In this document: one piece after another, positions 45,951 through 61,795 of the stretch
How positions within the stretch are numbered: the first letter of the stretch is position 1
How the letters are laid out: each line of letters opens with the position of its first letter
Assembly: GCA_965218585.1 (NCBI GenBank)
Contig: CBDCLE010000004.1
Span: 96,001 to 160,000 of the forward strand
From: Terriglobia bacterium
GTDB lineage: Bacteria; Acidobacteriota; Terriglobia; 20CM-2-55-15
Direction of reading: 5' to 3'
Length of the DNA: 64,000 nucleotides
Program-made: the position numbers and the translations under genes
The notes under the pieces: generated by a model
The model's database searches: none
Seen by the model: the letters and a program-made list of their open reading frames with translations, nothing else
Told to the model about the DNA's origin: nothing

Positions 45951-48900
45951 GTATCTGGACTCGCCTGTCAAGTAGACGCAGCTCTCCTGTGTTCGATCTC
46001 CGAAGATTTCATTCAGCATGACTGAGGAGACTGTTCGAGGTGAACGGCAGATCGACTGCATCCGTATCTCCGGCCTCTCAAGTGGAACGCTCGGGTTCCG
46101 GGCCATGATGGAATTCGCGCGCGGGGAGCCAACCGATAGAGCGGCCTCGAAAGGGCCAGGAGATGCGTCGACATTTCCCCGCGCCGGTCTGACCGGTACG
46201 CCATCAACTCAACACGTCATCGCAGGTCGCTGAACAGATTTTTCGACTCTGGGTCAGGCCGCCCGATACTGGCCCTGATAATCGCAGTCTCGTTTCCAGA
46301 CCGCCCATACTCTGCGGGCCAGCTTGTTGGCCAAGGCGACGGCCGCCTTGTTATGTCCTCGAAGTTCGTGAATTCGAACACCCCATTGCTGTAACTCCGA
46401 TGGAGCCTCTGCCTTGTGTGCCCTCCACAACACGGAACGGCCTCCGTGGATGAGCAGCGTTCTTAGATAGCGGTCACCCCGTTTACTGATCCGACCTAAC
46501 CGACGCTGATTGCCACTGGAACGCTCCCGGGGTGTGAGTCCCAGATAACTCGCAAACTGGCGCGATGATCGAAATCGTTGGATATCGCCGACAAAACCCA
46601 CCAGGGCTGTGGCGGTTAACAACCCGACTCCCCCTCTGTGCCAACACGGGTGAGACACCTGCCTGATCCATAATTAGTGAGCAGGGCGGGAAGGAAGATA
46701 ACCTGTGTTGGTGACGAAATCCGAACACGAGCAGGAAGAATCGCGCGGAACGGAAGGAGCCCGTAGGGCGACTGGAGTTGCGCGCGAAGCGGCCGCACCG
46801 GATGGGGATGGACCGGATCCGGAGGTTGTGGATAAGGCGACGCGGCGGCGGTTCACCGCGGCGTATAAGCGGCGGATCGTGCGGGAAGCCGACAAGTGCA
46901 CGAAGCCGGGCGAGGTGGGAGCGTTGCTGCGGCGGGAGGGCGTGTATTCGTCGAGCCTGAGTGCCTGGCGGCGGCAGCACGATGCTGGCGAGCTCAACGG
47001 AACGGGCGTGAAACGGGGGCGCAAGGCGCAGCCGAAGGATCCCCGAGATAAGCGCATTGCCCAACTGGAACTGGAGAGGCGGCGGCTGGCAAGGAAGCTG
47101 GAGCAAGCCGAGACGGTGATCGAAATCCAAAAAAAAGTCTCCACGCTACTGGGGATCCCCCTGAAGAACCCCGACGAGGAGGAGAACGGCTGATGGAAGT
47201 GGCGGAAAAGTTCGCTCCGCAGTTGGGGACGGCGCCGGCATGTCGGGCCTTCGGTGTTCCCCGTGCGTCGCTCTATCGCCGTCGGCAACAGGAGGACGCT
47301 CCCCGGGCTCCACGGCGCCGGCCACCGTCCCATCGCGCCTTGACCGAGGTCGAGCGCCTGGAGGTCCTCGATGTGTTGCATAGCGAACGCTTCCTGGACC
47401 AGGCGCCGGCGCAGGTCGCTGCGGCACTGCTGGACGAGGACCGCTACCTGTGTTCGGTGCGCACGATGTACCGAATCCTGGATGCGAATCAGGAAGTGCG
47501 CGAACGGCGGAACCAGCGGCGGCATCCCGTCTACGAGAAGCCGGAACTGTTGGCGACAGGGCCGAATCGGGTGTGGAGCTGGGACATCACGAAGCTGAAA
47601 GGACCCCGAAAGTGGACCTACTACTACCTGTACGTGATCCTGGACATCTTCAGCCGCCAGGTGGTGGGATGGATGGTGGCCGATTGCGAATCCTCGAGTC
47701 TGGCGAAAAAGCTGATTCGTGAAAGCAGTGACAAGCATGGGATCGAACCGGATCAACTCACTCTGCACGCGGATCGCGGATCGTCGATGAAATCCAAGGC
47801 GGTGGCTTTATTGCTCGCCGACCTGGGGGTGACCAAGACCCACTCCCGGCCGCATGTTTTCGATGACAACCCGTTTTCCGAGGCCCAGTTCAAAACGCTG
47901 AAGTACCGGCCGGGTTTCCCCGAACGTTTCGGCTGTATCCAGGATGCCAAGGCGTTCTGCCGCAACTTCTTCGGCTGGTACAACAACGTTCACTATCATT
48001 CGGGCCTGAACTGGCTGACGCCGGCGACGGTCCATTACGGCCGCGCCGACCATGTCGTCCAACGACGGCAGCATGCCCTGGATCGCGGACGTCGCGAGCA
48101 TCCCGAACGTTTCGTCAACGCACCACGAACAATCGCCGGACCGCCCGAGGAGGTCTGGATCAACCCTCCTGCAAAGGTGCAGGTGGGAGCTTAAACTCTC
48201 AACGCAGGTGTCTCACACTTGTTGACATTTACCGTCCAGGAATCGAGCGGAGACGCTCCACCACCGGTGTTTGCTCGGCCAGAGCTTTCAGCTCACCGTC
48301 CACGGTGCGCAAGTGAGACTCCAGTTCGCCAATTTCGCCGCAGACCTGGTCCAACATCTCCCGAACCACACTGGGGATCTCGACCTCGGCATCCTCGATC
48401 AGTTCCATCACTCCCGGTACCAGATGTCGTGCGCCTACAGGAATCACAAAACCAAACTCACGTAACAGTCCCCGCACCATGTTGATCCGGGTGACTCGTG
48501 TCCGCATCCATGTCGAGCGGATTCGATGTAGCGCTGTCAGTTGCTGTTGGGCCAATGTCTTGATCGGGACCGGACGGATATCGCTGTTGCGGTAGGCCTC
48601 AAATAATCCCTTCACATCCGCACGGTCCGTCTTGTCGCGTGGCACGTACGGCCTCACCTACTGCGGCGAGATCAGAACGACCTCGTGCCCCAGCTCCCGT
48701 ATCTGCCGTCCCCAGTGATGTGCCGAACCGCAGGCTTCCATCACCACTGTCGCCGGTTCCCGATTCACGAAAAACCGAAGAAACTTCACACGACTTAAAC
48801 GATAGGTTTCCTCGACATGTCCAGGTCGATCCGATACCCCAATCTCGAAAACATTCTTTGCCAGATCCACTGCAATCGTCTTATCCTGCACTTGGACTCC

Positions 48901-48997
48901 TCCTTACACACTGTGTTTAGACCGCAACATTGCGAGTCTCTTTATGACTTTGGCACTTTTGATGCCGACTAAGTCAAAGGGGGAGTCCATCCCATCA
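45951..48997 (-). mobile_element. IS110-family (IS1111 group) element, inactivated by an internal TAG (48658-48660) and an IS3 insertion; ends approximate
   Basis: IAVDLAKNVF, MEACG, KTDRAD (48235-48891) and GLTPRERSSG, NKAAVALANK (46254-46631); sub-terminal IR TGGACTC; non-coding region 45951-46253. Confidence 0.85.
46632..48234 (+). mobile_element. IS3-family element (orfA about 46705-47193, orfB 47193-48194)
   Basis: 24-bp IR core TG(C/T)CAACA..GTGAGACACCTGC; TCC duplication restores the IS110 frame; WSWDIT, LHADRG, NPFSEAQF. Confidence 0.9.
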
Positions 48998-49299
48998 ATA
49001 GAAACATGGCGTTTATCGTTCATATTGGGCCGGGACGCACCCATTGCCGGGAAAGCTCATAATGCCGGTTCGCTCCCTGACGTTGAGCAATAAGAGAGCT
49101 TCATGGTAACTGTCCAAGCCGCGTGATGTCATTGATTTCCCCAAATCCTCAACACCCGGTGGGGGCATGGATAGCTATCAGTTGGACCGTCAGGTGAATG
49201 ACCGGACTCGGACGGTCTGTGTTCGAACGCATCGCCTGACGCTACAGATTGGGAAAAGGTCAATTTTATCTCCGTTCCGTCCATGCAACAAAGATTCAG

Positions 49300-50152
49300 A
49301 AGGAGGGCCCTGAATGCGTTCACGGGCGTCACTCCTGCCCAGCTGTCGCTGGAAATGCGGCAGATTCGTGAGCGCATCTCTAGCAAAGGGAAGTGGGATC
49401 TTTCAGATTACCTTCAGTCGCCAGCGCTCTACGTGGCGCTGCGGGCGTGGGTCCGCTCTGAAAGTCAGAACGTCCGTGACCGCGTTCAGGACTGGTGCGC
49501 AAATCCACAAAACTACCGTGGCCAAAGAAAACTCCTGTATTGCGAGTTGGTTGAGAAGCTGCGGGCAGCCTTCCGAGATCCGCGCCGCGAATGGCAGTTT
49601 TATGCAGACGACGTGTTTGCGTTTCACACCAGCGGACACCGCCAGGCGTGGGACGCTCTAACTGACTTTCACGTGTTGGCACGGGCAGCCGGTCTCCGGG
49701 GGTTCGTGCTGCTTTTCGACGAGTTTGAGGACGTAATCCAGAACCTCAATCGCCGAAATATGCAGGAGGCAGCGTTCCTGAATCTGTTTCGGTTCTTCGA
49801 CGGCGACCGCTTTCCAGGCATGAGCTATTTTGCCGTGACTCCAGACTTCGTCGAGAAGTGCAAGACCGAGTTGACTAAGCGTGGAGTATACGATTTCGAC
49901 TATCGGCGGTTCGATCATCTGCCCTTCTTCGAAATGGAACCGATCGAGTTCGCGGAGTTCGCGGACTTGGCAACTCGCATTCTTAGTGTTTATGGGGTTG
50001 CGTACGATTGCGATGCAGGTCGCTTGTTTCTGGCCGGCGAAATGGATCGGGTCGTAGAGGAACTGTGGACCGTGCGTTCACCGGACAGGGTGCGACGGGC
50101 TATTCAAGGCATCGTCAAGGAACTCGACGATCGTCTGGAACAGGGGATCTGA
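49300..50152 (+). pseudogene. DUF2791/BrxD-like P-loop ATPase, 5'-truncated (no Walker A)
   Basis: AGLRGFVLLFDEFE Walker B, FAVTP; TGATG-coupled to the helicase. Confidence 0.65.
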
Positions 50153-52144
50153 TGGCGACGGCGCTCACGGTCGAGCTAGGACGTGCCTTCTACGGCAGGT
50201 TCTCAGTGCTTCGGCCAGCACAGCGGGAGTCAATCGAGCCGGTGATCGCGGGCCGAGACGTGCTGGTGCTTTCCGGAACGGGCAGCGGAAAAACGGAAGC
50301 GGTGCTTGCCCCGCTCGTCCAGCGCTGCCTGCCAGCCATGCGCCGAGATCCCGGCTGTTCGATCATCTATGTCACACCGACGCGCGCCTTGGCGAACGAC
50401 CTCCTGCGCCGTATCGAAGTACCAATGCAGTCGCTGGGGCTGCGCGTTGGAGTTCGGCATGGCGAGCGGAATGACCTTAGCCGCACAGAGAAACCTCATC
50501 TACAACACGCAACGCGGTTTTCAACTCGGTGTCCTGCTGCAGCGCCTTAAGGCCTTCACGGGGACCGCGTGCCAAGTCGTTGGCTTGTCAGCCACTATCG
50601 CTGCGCCAACGCACATCTGGCAGTTTTTCCGCCCAGGGCGACATGTTGTCACTGTGCGCGACGAGCAGACCAAACCGTTAGACGCCGTCATCCGTGAGGT
50701 CCCGTCTGACCAGGCACTGGTCGATCTGATCGACGGCCTTTCGAGCGGTGCCCGTGTGAAGATCCTACTGTTCGCCAACGCTCGCCGTGAGTGCGATCGA
50801 CTTGGTGCAGTTCTGCAGAGGAGCGCGAGGTTCGGCGCCAGTGTTTACGTCCACCACTCATCCTTGGATCGCCAAGTGCGACTCGACGCCGAACGGAGCT
50901 TCCAACTGGCCCCGAAGGCGATTTGCGTTGCAACGAGCACCCTCGAGCTGGGTATTGACATTGGAGATATCGATCTTGTCGCCCTCTACGGCCATCCAGG
51001 TGGGTGGGAGTCCTTCCTCCAGCGAGTGGGCAGAGGCAACCGACGTTCGGCCAAGACCAATGTGGCATGCCTTGTGTCACCTGATCATGGTTCTCGATTT
51101 CAGAGCATTCTTGCTTTTGAAGCACTTCTTTCGCAGATCCGATCGGGCCGCCTGGAACGTGAGCGACCCCTCGACATTTACGGGGCTGCGGCGCAACAGA
51201 TCCTCTCACTAATTCTGGCGAGTAACGGAGCGTATTTGCGGACTTCGGATCTCGCCGAGCAATTCGTGGGCTGGCCTCACATGGACGTTGGCGTGGTTGA
51301 GAGCATCCTTGGGGAACTTGCCGAATCAGGGCATCTCATCCGCCATGGCTTCCAGAATCGATTTGGTGCAGGTGAAGAGCTACACCGTCTTCGCGATCGT
51401 CGCTTGATCTGGGGGAACTTTCCTCTAAGAAGCTGTGATGTGCGATTGATGGCAAGCGGTCGCCAAGTCGGCAACGTGCCTGTGATAAACCTCATGCGGT
51501 TATCTGTTGGTGGTGTTGTTCGATTTGCAGGCCGGCACTGGCGTGTCCGCCGCATTCGTCCGGAGCACATCGACATTGAACCCTGTCGAAGCACGAAGGG
51601 AGTGGAGATCAGCTACGGGGGCACGGAAGTACGGATGGATCCGACGATCGTGGAGGAAATGCTGCGGTTGATCGATGCGGGGATCGAATCCTCTGCGATG
51701 ACTGAAGAAGCTAGTCTGGAGTTCCTCGCGTCCGCCGAGCGCATGCGTCGCTACATTGGTTGGGACCGCTTACCGGTGGCGAACGATCGGCAAGGACACT
51801 ATCACTACTTCACCTTCGGTGGCCGCCTGTTCAACGGCGTAATCGCCAAGTGGGCGGGTCTCGATACCTTCGACGCAGGCGAAATTGTGCTACGCACCAA
51901 CCAGCCGCTTGATCTCTCGGCCCTTTCCGGGAAACTGCGAGCCCTGGAGGACGCTGCTGCTCTGTCCCTCCAAGTGCCGGGCGACTTGACCGCTTTCCAG
52001 AGCCTACTTCCGCACAAGATGCTCCTGCGCGAACTGGGTGACGTTTGGCTGAAGACCGCGGTCCATGAGCGGTCGCTGGACCGGCTGAGGAATTCCCAAC
52101 TCATGCCTGCTCCGCTGGAGGCTCTGGCACCGCTGTGTGTTTAA
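50152..52144 (+). pseudogene. Lhr-like SF2 helicase with an internal deletion/frameshift at about 50502 removing the DExH motif
   Basis: LRPAQ, TGSGKTEA and PTRALAND in one frame; GLSAT, HHSSL, TSTLELGIDIG and QRVGRG in another; no DExH present. Confidence 0.85.
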
Positions 52145-52189
52145 CTAATCCGCTTGGCGACAGTACCTGAAACATCGTTCTCTTAGGAA

Positions 52190-52387
52190 GTGAAATTGAG
52201 CGACAAGATCGAACAAACACGACGATGTGAATGTCGAAACAATCGTTGTGAGCATCCGCGCATCAATGTTGAGTCGGGGCCTCGAGAAGTGTTGTCTAGA
52301 GAGCTTTCACGATGTACGACCATACTGACCGAAACCGAGGACACACTCTGTTCACTTTGCTCCGAACAGGCGTCAAATCCTGGTTGA
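52190..52387 (+). CDS. Small Cys-rich hypothetical protein upstream of the repA 5' fragment
   Basis: CECRNNRC...CSLC; directly precedes the repA RBS. Confidence 0.35.
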   Translation: MKLSDKIEQTRRCECRNNRCEHPRINVESGPREVLSRELSRCTTILTETEDTLCSLCSEQASNPG

Positions 52388-52399
52388 GGAAGGGAAGAC

Positions 52400-52595
52400 A
52401 TGCAGCGTGAACGAGACGGGATGGTTCCCAGCGGGAAAGCCTTGGCCGATCTGGACGGGCCGGTGAAGGCGATCAGCGAAGGCGCGCACCAAGCGGTCCA
52501 CCACTTCACCCGCGCCGATCAGGTGCACCAGCTTGTCTCGGCCAGTGAAGTGGGCCCTGACATGGGTTTCATGGCGCGATTGATGGCGCTGTGTG
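52400..52595 (+). pseudogene. repA: Plasmid RepA N-terminal fragment
   Basis: RBS GAGGA; HHFTRADQVHQLVSASE..PDMGFMARLMALC, recognised as the N-terminus of the same RepA family as 38662-39050. Confidence 0.6.
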
Positions 52596-52778
52596 TGCGG
52601 CCCGTCCGAATTAACTTCAGGTTACAGATGCCAGCTATGTGCCGACCTTGGCAAGGATTAATTTATGTCACGTTCGCGATGACGTGTTGTCCCGGGGGAT
52701 CATCGGCCAGCGAGTCACCAATTCGCTGAAGACCGATATTGCCCTCTATTATTAGAATCAGCCGTCGGCCTCATTGAG

Positions 52779-52824
52779 ACCAGACTTAACTAAAACCGTC
52801 TCTGGAGGACCCGGGGTGGTTTAC
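52779..52824 (+). mobile_element. Orphan, diverged IS3 right end
   Basis: AACTAAAACCGTCTCTGGAGGACCCGGGGTGGTTTA resembles the end of IS3 copy 1 (40823-40858). Confidence 0.55.
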
Positions 52825-52845
52825 CTATGTCTGCGGGGAGTTGCT

Positions 52846-54813
52846 GTGAAGCTCAAAAGCGTTCAAGTCACCAAATACAAATGTGTTGAAGATTCTACTC
52901 CTTGGAAGGTTGATCAGGTTACCACGCTTGTCGGAAAGAATGAGGCCGGAAAATCCACAATACTTGAAGCGCTATATAAACTCAACCCAGTAGATGCCGA
53001 CGCAGCGGATTTTCAGACGACAGACTATCCGCGCAGGTATGCATTGACCGATGAAGGCAAAGAAGATTCAAGAGTCGCAAACGTACTAACTACGGACTGG
53101 TCTCTGGATGAATCTGACTTAGAGCTTTTGCGCGGAGAATTGCCGGAACTTGAAGTAAAAGATGATGCGATTGTCACTATTCGCAAGGGCTACAGCAACG
53201 CACAATGCTGGGCGGTACCGGCTGACGAGGCTGCAACTGTCAAAAACCTCATTGACTCTGCTCGCTTTAATGCCGCCGAGCGAGCATCTGTCACAGGAAA
53301 TCCGTTAACGATTCAAGCCTTACATGAGGTGCTAGCTGGGATCGAGGGGCCGACCAAGAAGCACCGTGAACTACAGCAAAGACTTAGTGAGAAGTATCCA
53401 AAGAAATCAATTTCCTCGGCGACTGAAATGGTATTGCTGCCCAATCTTCCAAAGTTCGTTTACTTCAAAGAATACGAGCGGTTGCCGGGCAAGGTCTCCA
53501 TCAATCAGCTAGTTCACCTGGAGCAAAATAACCAACTCACCTTTGAATTGAAAATATTTCAGGCCCTTCTCGCTTTGGTCAATAGCAGTGCACGGGGAAT
53601 TACGAAAACGGGGCGCTCAGAAGACCTCATCATGAATCTTGAGGCCATTGGGAATCGTTTGACAGACGAGATTTTCGAATATTGGAGCCAGAACAGGCAC
53701 CTCAAGGTCGATTTCCGGTGTGACATGGGAGCACCCAATGACCCGGCGCCGTTCAATGCTGGTTACGTATTTAGCACCCGAATCAGAAATGAACGTCACC
53801 GCGCGTCGGTCAACTTCGATGAGCGAAGCACCGGCTTTATATGGTTTTTCTCATTCCTAATCTGGTTCTCCCAGATGAAAGCTAACTATGCCTACAAGTT
53901 GATTGTGTTGCTCGATGAGCCCGGTCTGACGCTTCACGGGAAGGCACAACAAGATCTACTCAGATATATTCGGGAAAAACTCCAACCTGACTACCAAGTC
54001 ATCTATACGACGCATTCCCCATTCATGCTCGACATCAAGAATGTTTTTTCCATGCGTACTGTAGAGGATGTGGTGAATCGAAAGATTGACGGTGTCGGCC
54101 GCGAAGAAGAGATCTTGGGCACAAAAGTTGGCGCCAGAATACTCAGCAGAGACCGCGACACGATCCTGCCGCTACAGGGGTTACTTGGATATGACATCAC
54201 GCAGACTCTCTTCGTCGGTCCGTATGTGTTCGTTGTCGAGGGATCTTCCGAGTGGGCTTATATCAATTGGTTCACTCGCAAACTGGTTGCAGATGGACGC
54301 ACAGGGCTGGACATACGTTGGGCGATTGCCCCTGCCGAGGGTGCGCCCAAAGTGACGAGTTTCATTACCTTGTTTAAAGGTCGGGGCCTGAAGATCGCTG
54401 CGCTGCTCGACTATCACAACGGCCAAAAGAAAGCGGTCGAAAAGTTAGAAACGTCAAAACTCCTAGAAGATGGCCATCTTCTCAAAACGACCGACTTCGT
54501 AGGTCAGGATGAGGCGGATGTTGAGGATCTGATTGGCTGGGACCTATATGTGGCCCTGGTGAATGGCGCGCTTTCAATCCCCGAGGCCAACAAACTGCCA
54601 GCCGCCAGACCAGACGATTGTGAAATGAGAATCGTCAAAGAGGTCGAGAAACGGGCCAAATTGCTCCCGCCTGGAGTGCCGCACTTCGATCACTTTGCGC
54701 CTGCACAATATCTCAACCAGCTGAGCTCTGACAAAATTGCCGCGTTACCAGGACTAAGCGCAGCACTGGATTGTTTTGAGGCTCTTTTCGGTAGGCTGAA
54801 CAGGCTCATTTAG
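52846..54813 (+). CDS. OLD-family-like ABC ATPase-TOPRIM nuclease (putative defence)
   Basis: GTG start after GGGGAG; GKNEAGKS, LLDEPG, TTHSPF, VVEG TOPRIM motif; AT-richer than the core genes. Confidence 0.8.
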   Translation: MKLKSVQVTKYKCVEDSTPWKVDQVTTLVGKNEAGKSTILEALYKLNPVDADAADFQTTDYPRRYALTDEGKEDSRVANVLTTDWSLDESDLELLRGELPELEVKDDAIVTIRKGYSNAQCWAVPADEAATVKNLIDSARFNAAERASVTGNPLTIQALHEVLAGIEGPTKKHRELQQRLSEKYPKKSISSATEMVLLPNLPKFVYFKEYERLPGKVSINQLVHLEQNNQLTFELKIFQALLALVNSSARGITKTGRSEDLIMNLEAIGNRLTDEIFEYWSQNRHLKVDFRCDMGAPNDPAPFNAGYVFSTRIRNERHRASVNFDERSTGFIWFFSFLIWFSQMKANYAYKLIVLLDEPGLTLHGKAQQDLLRYIREKLQPDYQVIYTTHSPFMLDIKNVFSMRTVEDVVNRKIDGVGREEEILGTKVGARILSRDRDTILPLQGLLGYDITQTLFVGPYVFVVEGSSEWAYINWFTRKLVADGRTGLDIRWAIAPAEGAPKVTSFITLFKGRGLKIAALLDYHNGQKKAVEKLETSKLLEDGHLLKTTDFVGQDEADVEDLIGWDLYVALVNGALSIPEANKLPAARPDDCEMRIVKEVEKRAKLLPPGVPHFDHFAPAQYLNQLSSDKIAALPGLSAALDCFEALFGRLNRLI

Positions 54814-54819
54814 GGGTCA

Positions 54820-55052
54820 TCTCACATCTCGCCAAGCCCTTTCATCGCCTGGCGCTTCCATATGCTCACCTGGTTCGGATGAACCTGGTGCTTCGAGGCA
54901 ATCTCCTGCAGCGTCCGTTCGCCCCGAAGCGCTTCCAGCGCGACCTTCGCTTTCAACTCCCCAGAAAACCTGTGTCTCTTCGTCATCGCGTATCCCTCCT
55001 CAGTCGGTGGAATACACCTTAAACAACTGCCCGATTTTCCGGGGCCACCTCA
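54820..55052 (-). mobile_element. IS3-family left end with truncated orfA
   Basis: TGAGGTGGCCCCGGAAAA end; MTKRHRFSGELKAKVALEALRGERTLQEIASKHQVHPNQVSIWK. Confidence 0.75.
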
Positions 55053-55089
55053 AAGAACCTGGGCGATCCATGCCTGCAGGTCGAATTGC

Positions 55090-55247
55090 GTCATAGAGTT
55101 GTGCCAACTTACGAAGCAAATCGAGAGTGATATTTCAACCCGTTGGAATCGATGCGGCCCTGGACAAACCCACGAGCCCACAAGAACAGCATAAACTCCA
55201 GGATTGGCCTGAATCGAGAATGCTAGCGAGTGGACCGGATCAATCAC
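55090..55247 (-). pseudogene. SIR2-like (defence-type) protein N-terminal remnant
   Basis: IDPVHSLAFSIQANPGVYAVLVGS, then frameshifted SRAASIPTG*NITLDLLRKLA. Confidence 0.65.
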
Positions 55248-55297
55248 GGCGTTTATCCTTATTGTTTACCAACGATTCTCTCGAAATGAGAATCGGC

Positions 55298-55478
55298 TGA
55301 TTTCGATAACGTAAAAAGGACCCACCAAACGGGGTTCTGATCGAGGAAACGGGACCCACTCCTGATGGCCTCCCTCGGCGAGTGCCTGGATGAACCGGCA
55401 CGGCGGAGGGAGGATAAGGAGTTGTTAGGGATGGATCAGTACGAATGGGTCAGGACCGCACATCGAGTTTACAAGAAA
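55298..55478 (+). mobile_element. IS21-family left-end remnant related to 9958-10995
   Basis: Near-identical to the reverse complement of about 10815-10995. Confidence 0.85.
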
Positions 55479-56916
55479 CCGTCGGGCGTGCGGGAACACC
55501 ACCTGTGGACGAGAAACTCCGGTGCGTGTAGGCTCACGGGAACCCGGGAGGCGCGACCGGAATCGTATTGGTGCCCTAGAGAGCCCGCCAAGAAACATGG
55601 TCCGGGGGTGGCTGCGGACTTGTCATTGGTGACGCCCATTGGGCGATCCCGTATAGGAAAGTGATCGTTACCGCCCATCCCTGCTCCCGGGAATTAGACA
55701 TACCCGGAGGAACGATGAGCAGAGACAGTAACAAGCAGGGGAAGCGAAGGGGAAAGAAGTTATCGACTGTGAATCCTACGGCAGCGGGATTGGATGTGGG
55801 CTCGACCTTTCACGTCGTTGCGGTTCCACCGGAGCTGGACGATGAACCGGTGCGTACGTTTCAGAGCTTTACGTCGGATCTGCACGCTCTGGCCGACTGG
55901 CTCCATGAGGTTGGGATTACCACGGTCGCGATGGAGTCGACCGGCGTGTACTGGATTCCGGTGTTCGAGATTCTCGAGCAATCCGGTTTCGAGGTGTCGC
56001 TGGTCAACGCCCGGCATGTGAAGAACGTGCCCGGGCGCAAGACCGACGTGAATGATGCCCAGTGGCTCCAGCAGCTGCACTCCTACGGGTTGCTGCGGGC
56101 GAGCTTTTGTCCCCGGGATGCGATCGTCGGGCTCCGGGCCTACCTGCGGCACCGGGAGCGTCTGGTGGATTATGCGGCATCGCACATCCAGCACATGCAG
56201 AAGGCGCTGATGCAGATGAACGCGCAACTGCACCATGTGGTCACCCATATTACGGGTGTGACTGGCATGAAGATCATCCGGGCGATTGTCGGGGGAAATC
56301 AGGACCCCGCGGCTCTGGCCGAATTCCGGGATTCCCGCTGCAAGGCTTCCAAAAATACGATCCGTGAAGCGCTCACCGGAAACTACCGTGAAGAGCATGT
56401 CTTCGCTCTGGCCCAGTCTCTCGATATCTATGAGTTCCACCAAGCCAAGATCGCCGAGTGCGACGAACAAATCGAGGCCGTCCTCGACACACTCAACGCC
56501 GACCGGCAGGCGCCGGCCAGGCATCCGGCGAAGGCCCGCATGGCCAGGAAGCTGGCGACCTCGCCGGGACGGGCGCAGTACGCCCGACGCAAATGGCTGT
56601 CGGAGGCGCCCAACGGGTGGATCAAGGAAGTGCTCGGCTTCCGCCGATTCAGCCTGCGCGGCCTGCACAAGGTCCAGGGCGAGTGGGACTTGGTGTGTCT
56701 GGCATTGAACGTCAAGCGGTTGCGGGGGCTTCAGGCAGCCTGATGACAGGCATACCGCCCGCAAATCAGGCCGAACGAGGGCCGATTCAAGCACCTGTGG
56801 CGCACCCAGCGGCGCGTCGTCGTCCAAAACGCCCATTCCCCGGTCACCGATGCCGATTGATCGCCATCTCGCGTAATCCGCCGAGTCGAAAATCCTCCTA
56901 CGGCGCAGACTCCTAG
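55479..56916 (+). mobile_element. Chimeric remnant: IS110 5' part (non-coding leader plus transposase from ATG 55715) fused in frame to an IS1182-like 3' end
   Basis: GLDVG, MESTGVYW, PGRKTDVNDAQW, then YARRKWLSEAPNGWIKEVLGFRRFSLRG; ends ...CAGACTCCTAG. Confidence 0.8.
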
Positions 56917-57140
56917 GTCCCTGGTAAACGATGTTCCCAGGCAGGTCACGTGCTGACGCTGTAAGCCACTGCAGCTGAGTGTTGCTGGTATTGTTTTATT
57001 TGCTTTAGCCAACTCACACACTCTCCATCGTTTACGACACCAGCTATTTCTCACGCACCGGGACACTACAGGGAACGATGCTCTGGCAACATATTTAGTT
57101 TAGAATAGCCGCCATCCGCATCATAGAGTATAATTATAGT

Positions 57141-57371
57141 ATGAAAATGAAGACATCTATCACACTTGAGAAGGAAGTGGTGACAGCCGTTGAAGAGGCG
57201 GCGCGCGAAGGAGAAAGCCGATCCCAAGTGATTGAACGGTTGCTTCGTCAAAGTTTAGCCACGCGAGAACGAGCAGCGATCGACAAGCGCGACCGCGCCG
57301 CCATTAACGCGCACGCCGATGAACTCAATGAAGAAGCGATCGATGTTCTCGGTTATCAGGTGAAAGCGTGA
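57141..57371 (+). CDS. RHH (CopG-like) antitoxin
   Basis: KTSITL...[10 protein letters not shown]; overlaps the toxin start (GTGA). Confidence 0.8.
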   Translation: MKMKTSITLEKEVVTAVEEAAREGESRSQVIERLLRQSLATRERAAIDKRDRAAINAHADELNEEAIDVLGYQVKA

Positions 57372-57730
57372 GACGGGGTGAACTCTACCGGGTTGCGAGG
57401 CCGCGATCTCATGATCCGAAGCGCTTTCGCGTGTTCGTCATAGTTAGCCGGCAGGCGCTAATCGATTCGCGGTTCTCGACAGTCATCTGTGCACCGGTGT
57501 ACTCGGCTCGCCACGGACTCGCCACGCAAGTCGATATCGGACTGAACGAAGGACTCCGTCATGAAAGTAGCGTGCATTGCGACGAGCTTGTCAGTTTGCG
57601 TAAATCGCAGTTGACTCAGTTTGTCGGGAGCCTCGATGCCACCAAGCTCCAGCGCCTCGACAATGCACTGATGGTTGCCCTCGGACTGCTCCGCGAGACT
57701 CCTTTGCACGAGCGTGATCTTCACAGTTGA
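57368..57730 (+). CDS. PemK/MazF-family toxin
   Basis: MRRGELY...[10 protein letters not shown]...TVICAP...VGSL...LDNAL. Confidence 0.88.
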   Translation: MRRGELYRVARPRSHDPKRFRVFVIVSRQALIDSRFSTVICAPVYSARHGLATQVDIGLNEGLRHESSVHCDELVSLRKSQLTQFVGSLDATKLQRLDNALMVALGLLRETPLHERDLHS

Positions 57731-58167
57731 GTCAAGTGTTGGGTCAAGCGTCAGTAGGGTAGTTCAGTTATCTTGGTCAGCGGTTACGCGGCTGGGGCGA
57801 CGCGTCCGGCGCTGGATCGCGCCGGACAATCTCAAGATGCGGTCGGCTGTGTCTCGCTGCATGGAACTAATTAGGCGCACAACGTAACTTTCCGGATCAG
57901 CTAAACCGCGATACTGATTCTGATCCTTGCCGCAGCGATAATCCCGGTCGTTGCAGTTCGCATTTTGTTGAGAAAATAGGGTATTGGGCAGATCGGTTCG
58001 ATTTTGCACGATAAGCGTAGCGTTTCCGACGAGCGTTGAGGTGCCGATAGAGCGTCGAGAGTCGCCCCGGCTAAGCCGGGGCTTACCAATTGAGTTGTCC
58101 ATTTGCTGCGTCAAGCGCCCTTAGCGCCGCACCGTGCAATGTTTGCCAATGGAGGAGAGACCCCTGT

Positions 58168-61794
<3,627 letters not shown>

Positions 61795-61795
<1 letters not shown>

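Noticed and set aside
41496-48660. In-frame TAG codons (mobC-like gene, second IS110) as pyrrolysine or recoding
   Set aside because: Both lie in decayed mobile genes, core genes use TAG as stop, and no pyl genes are visible. The atypical tRNA reads CUA, not UAG.
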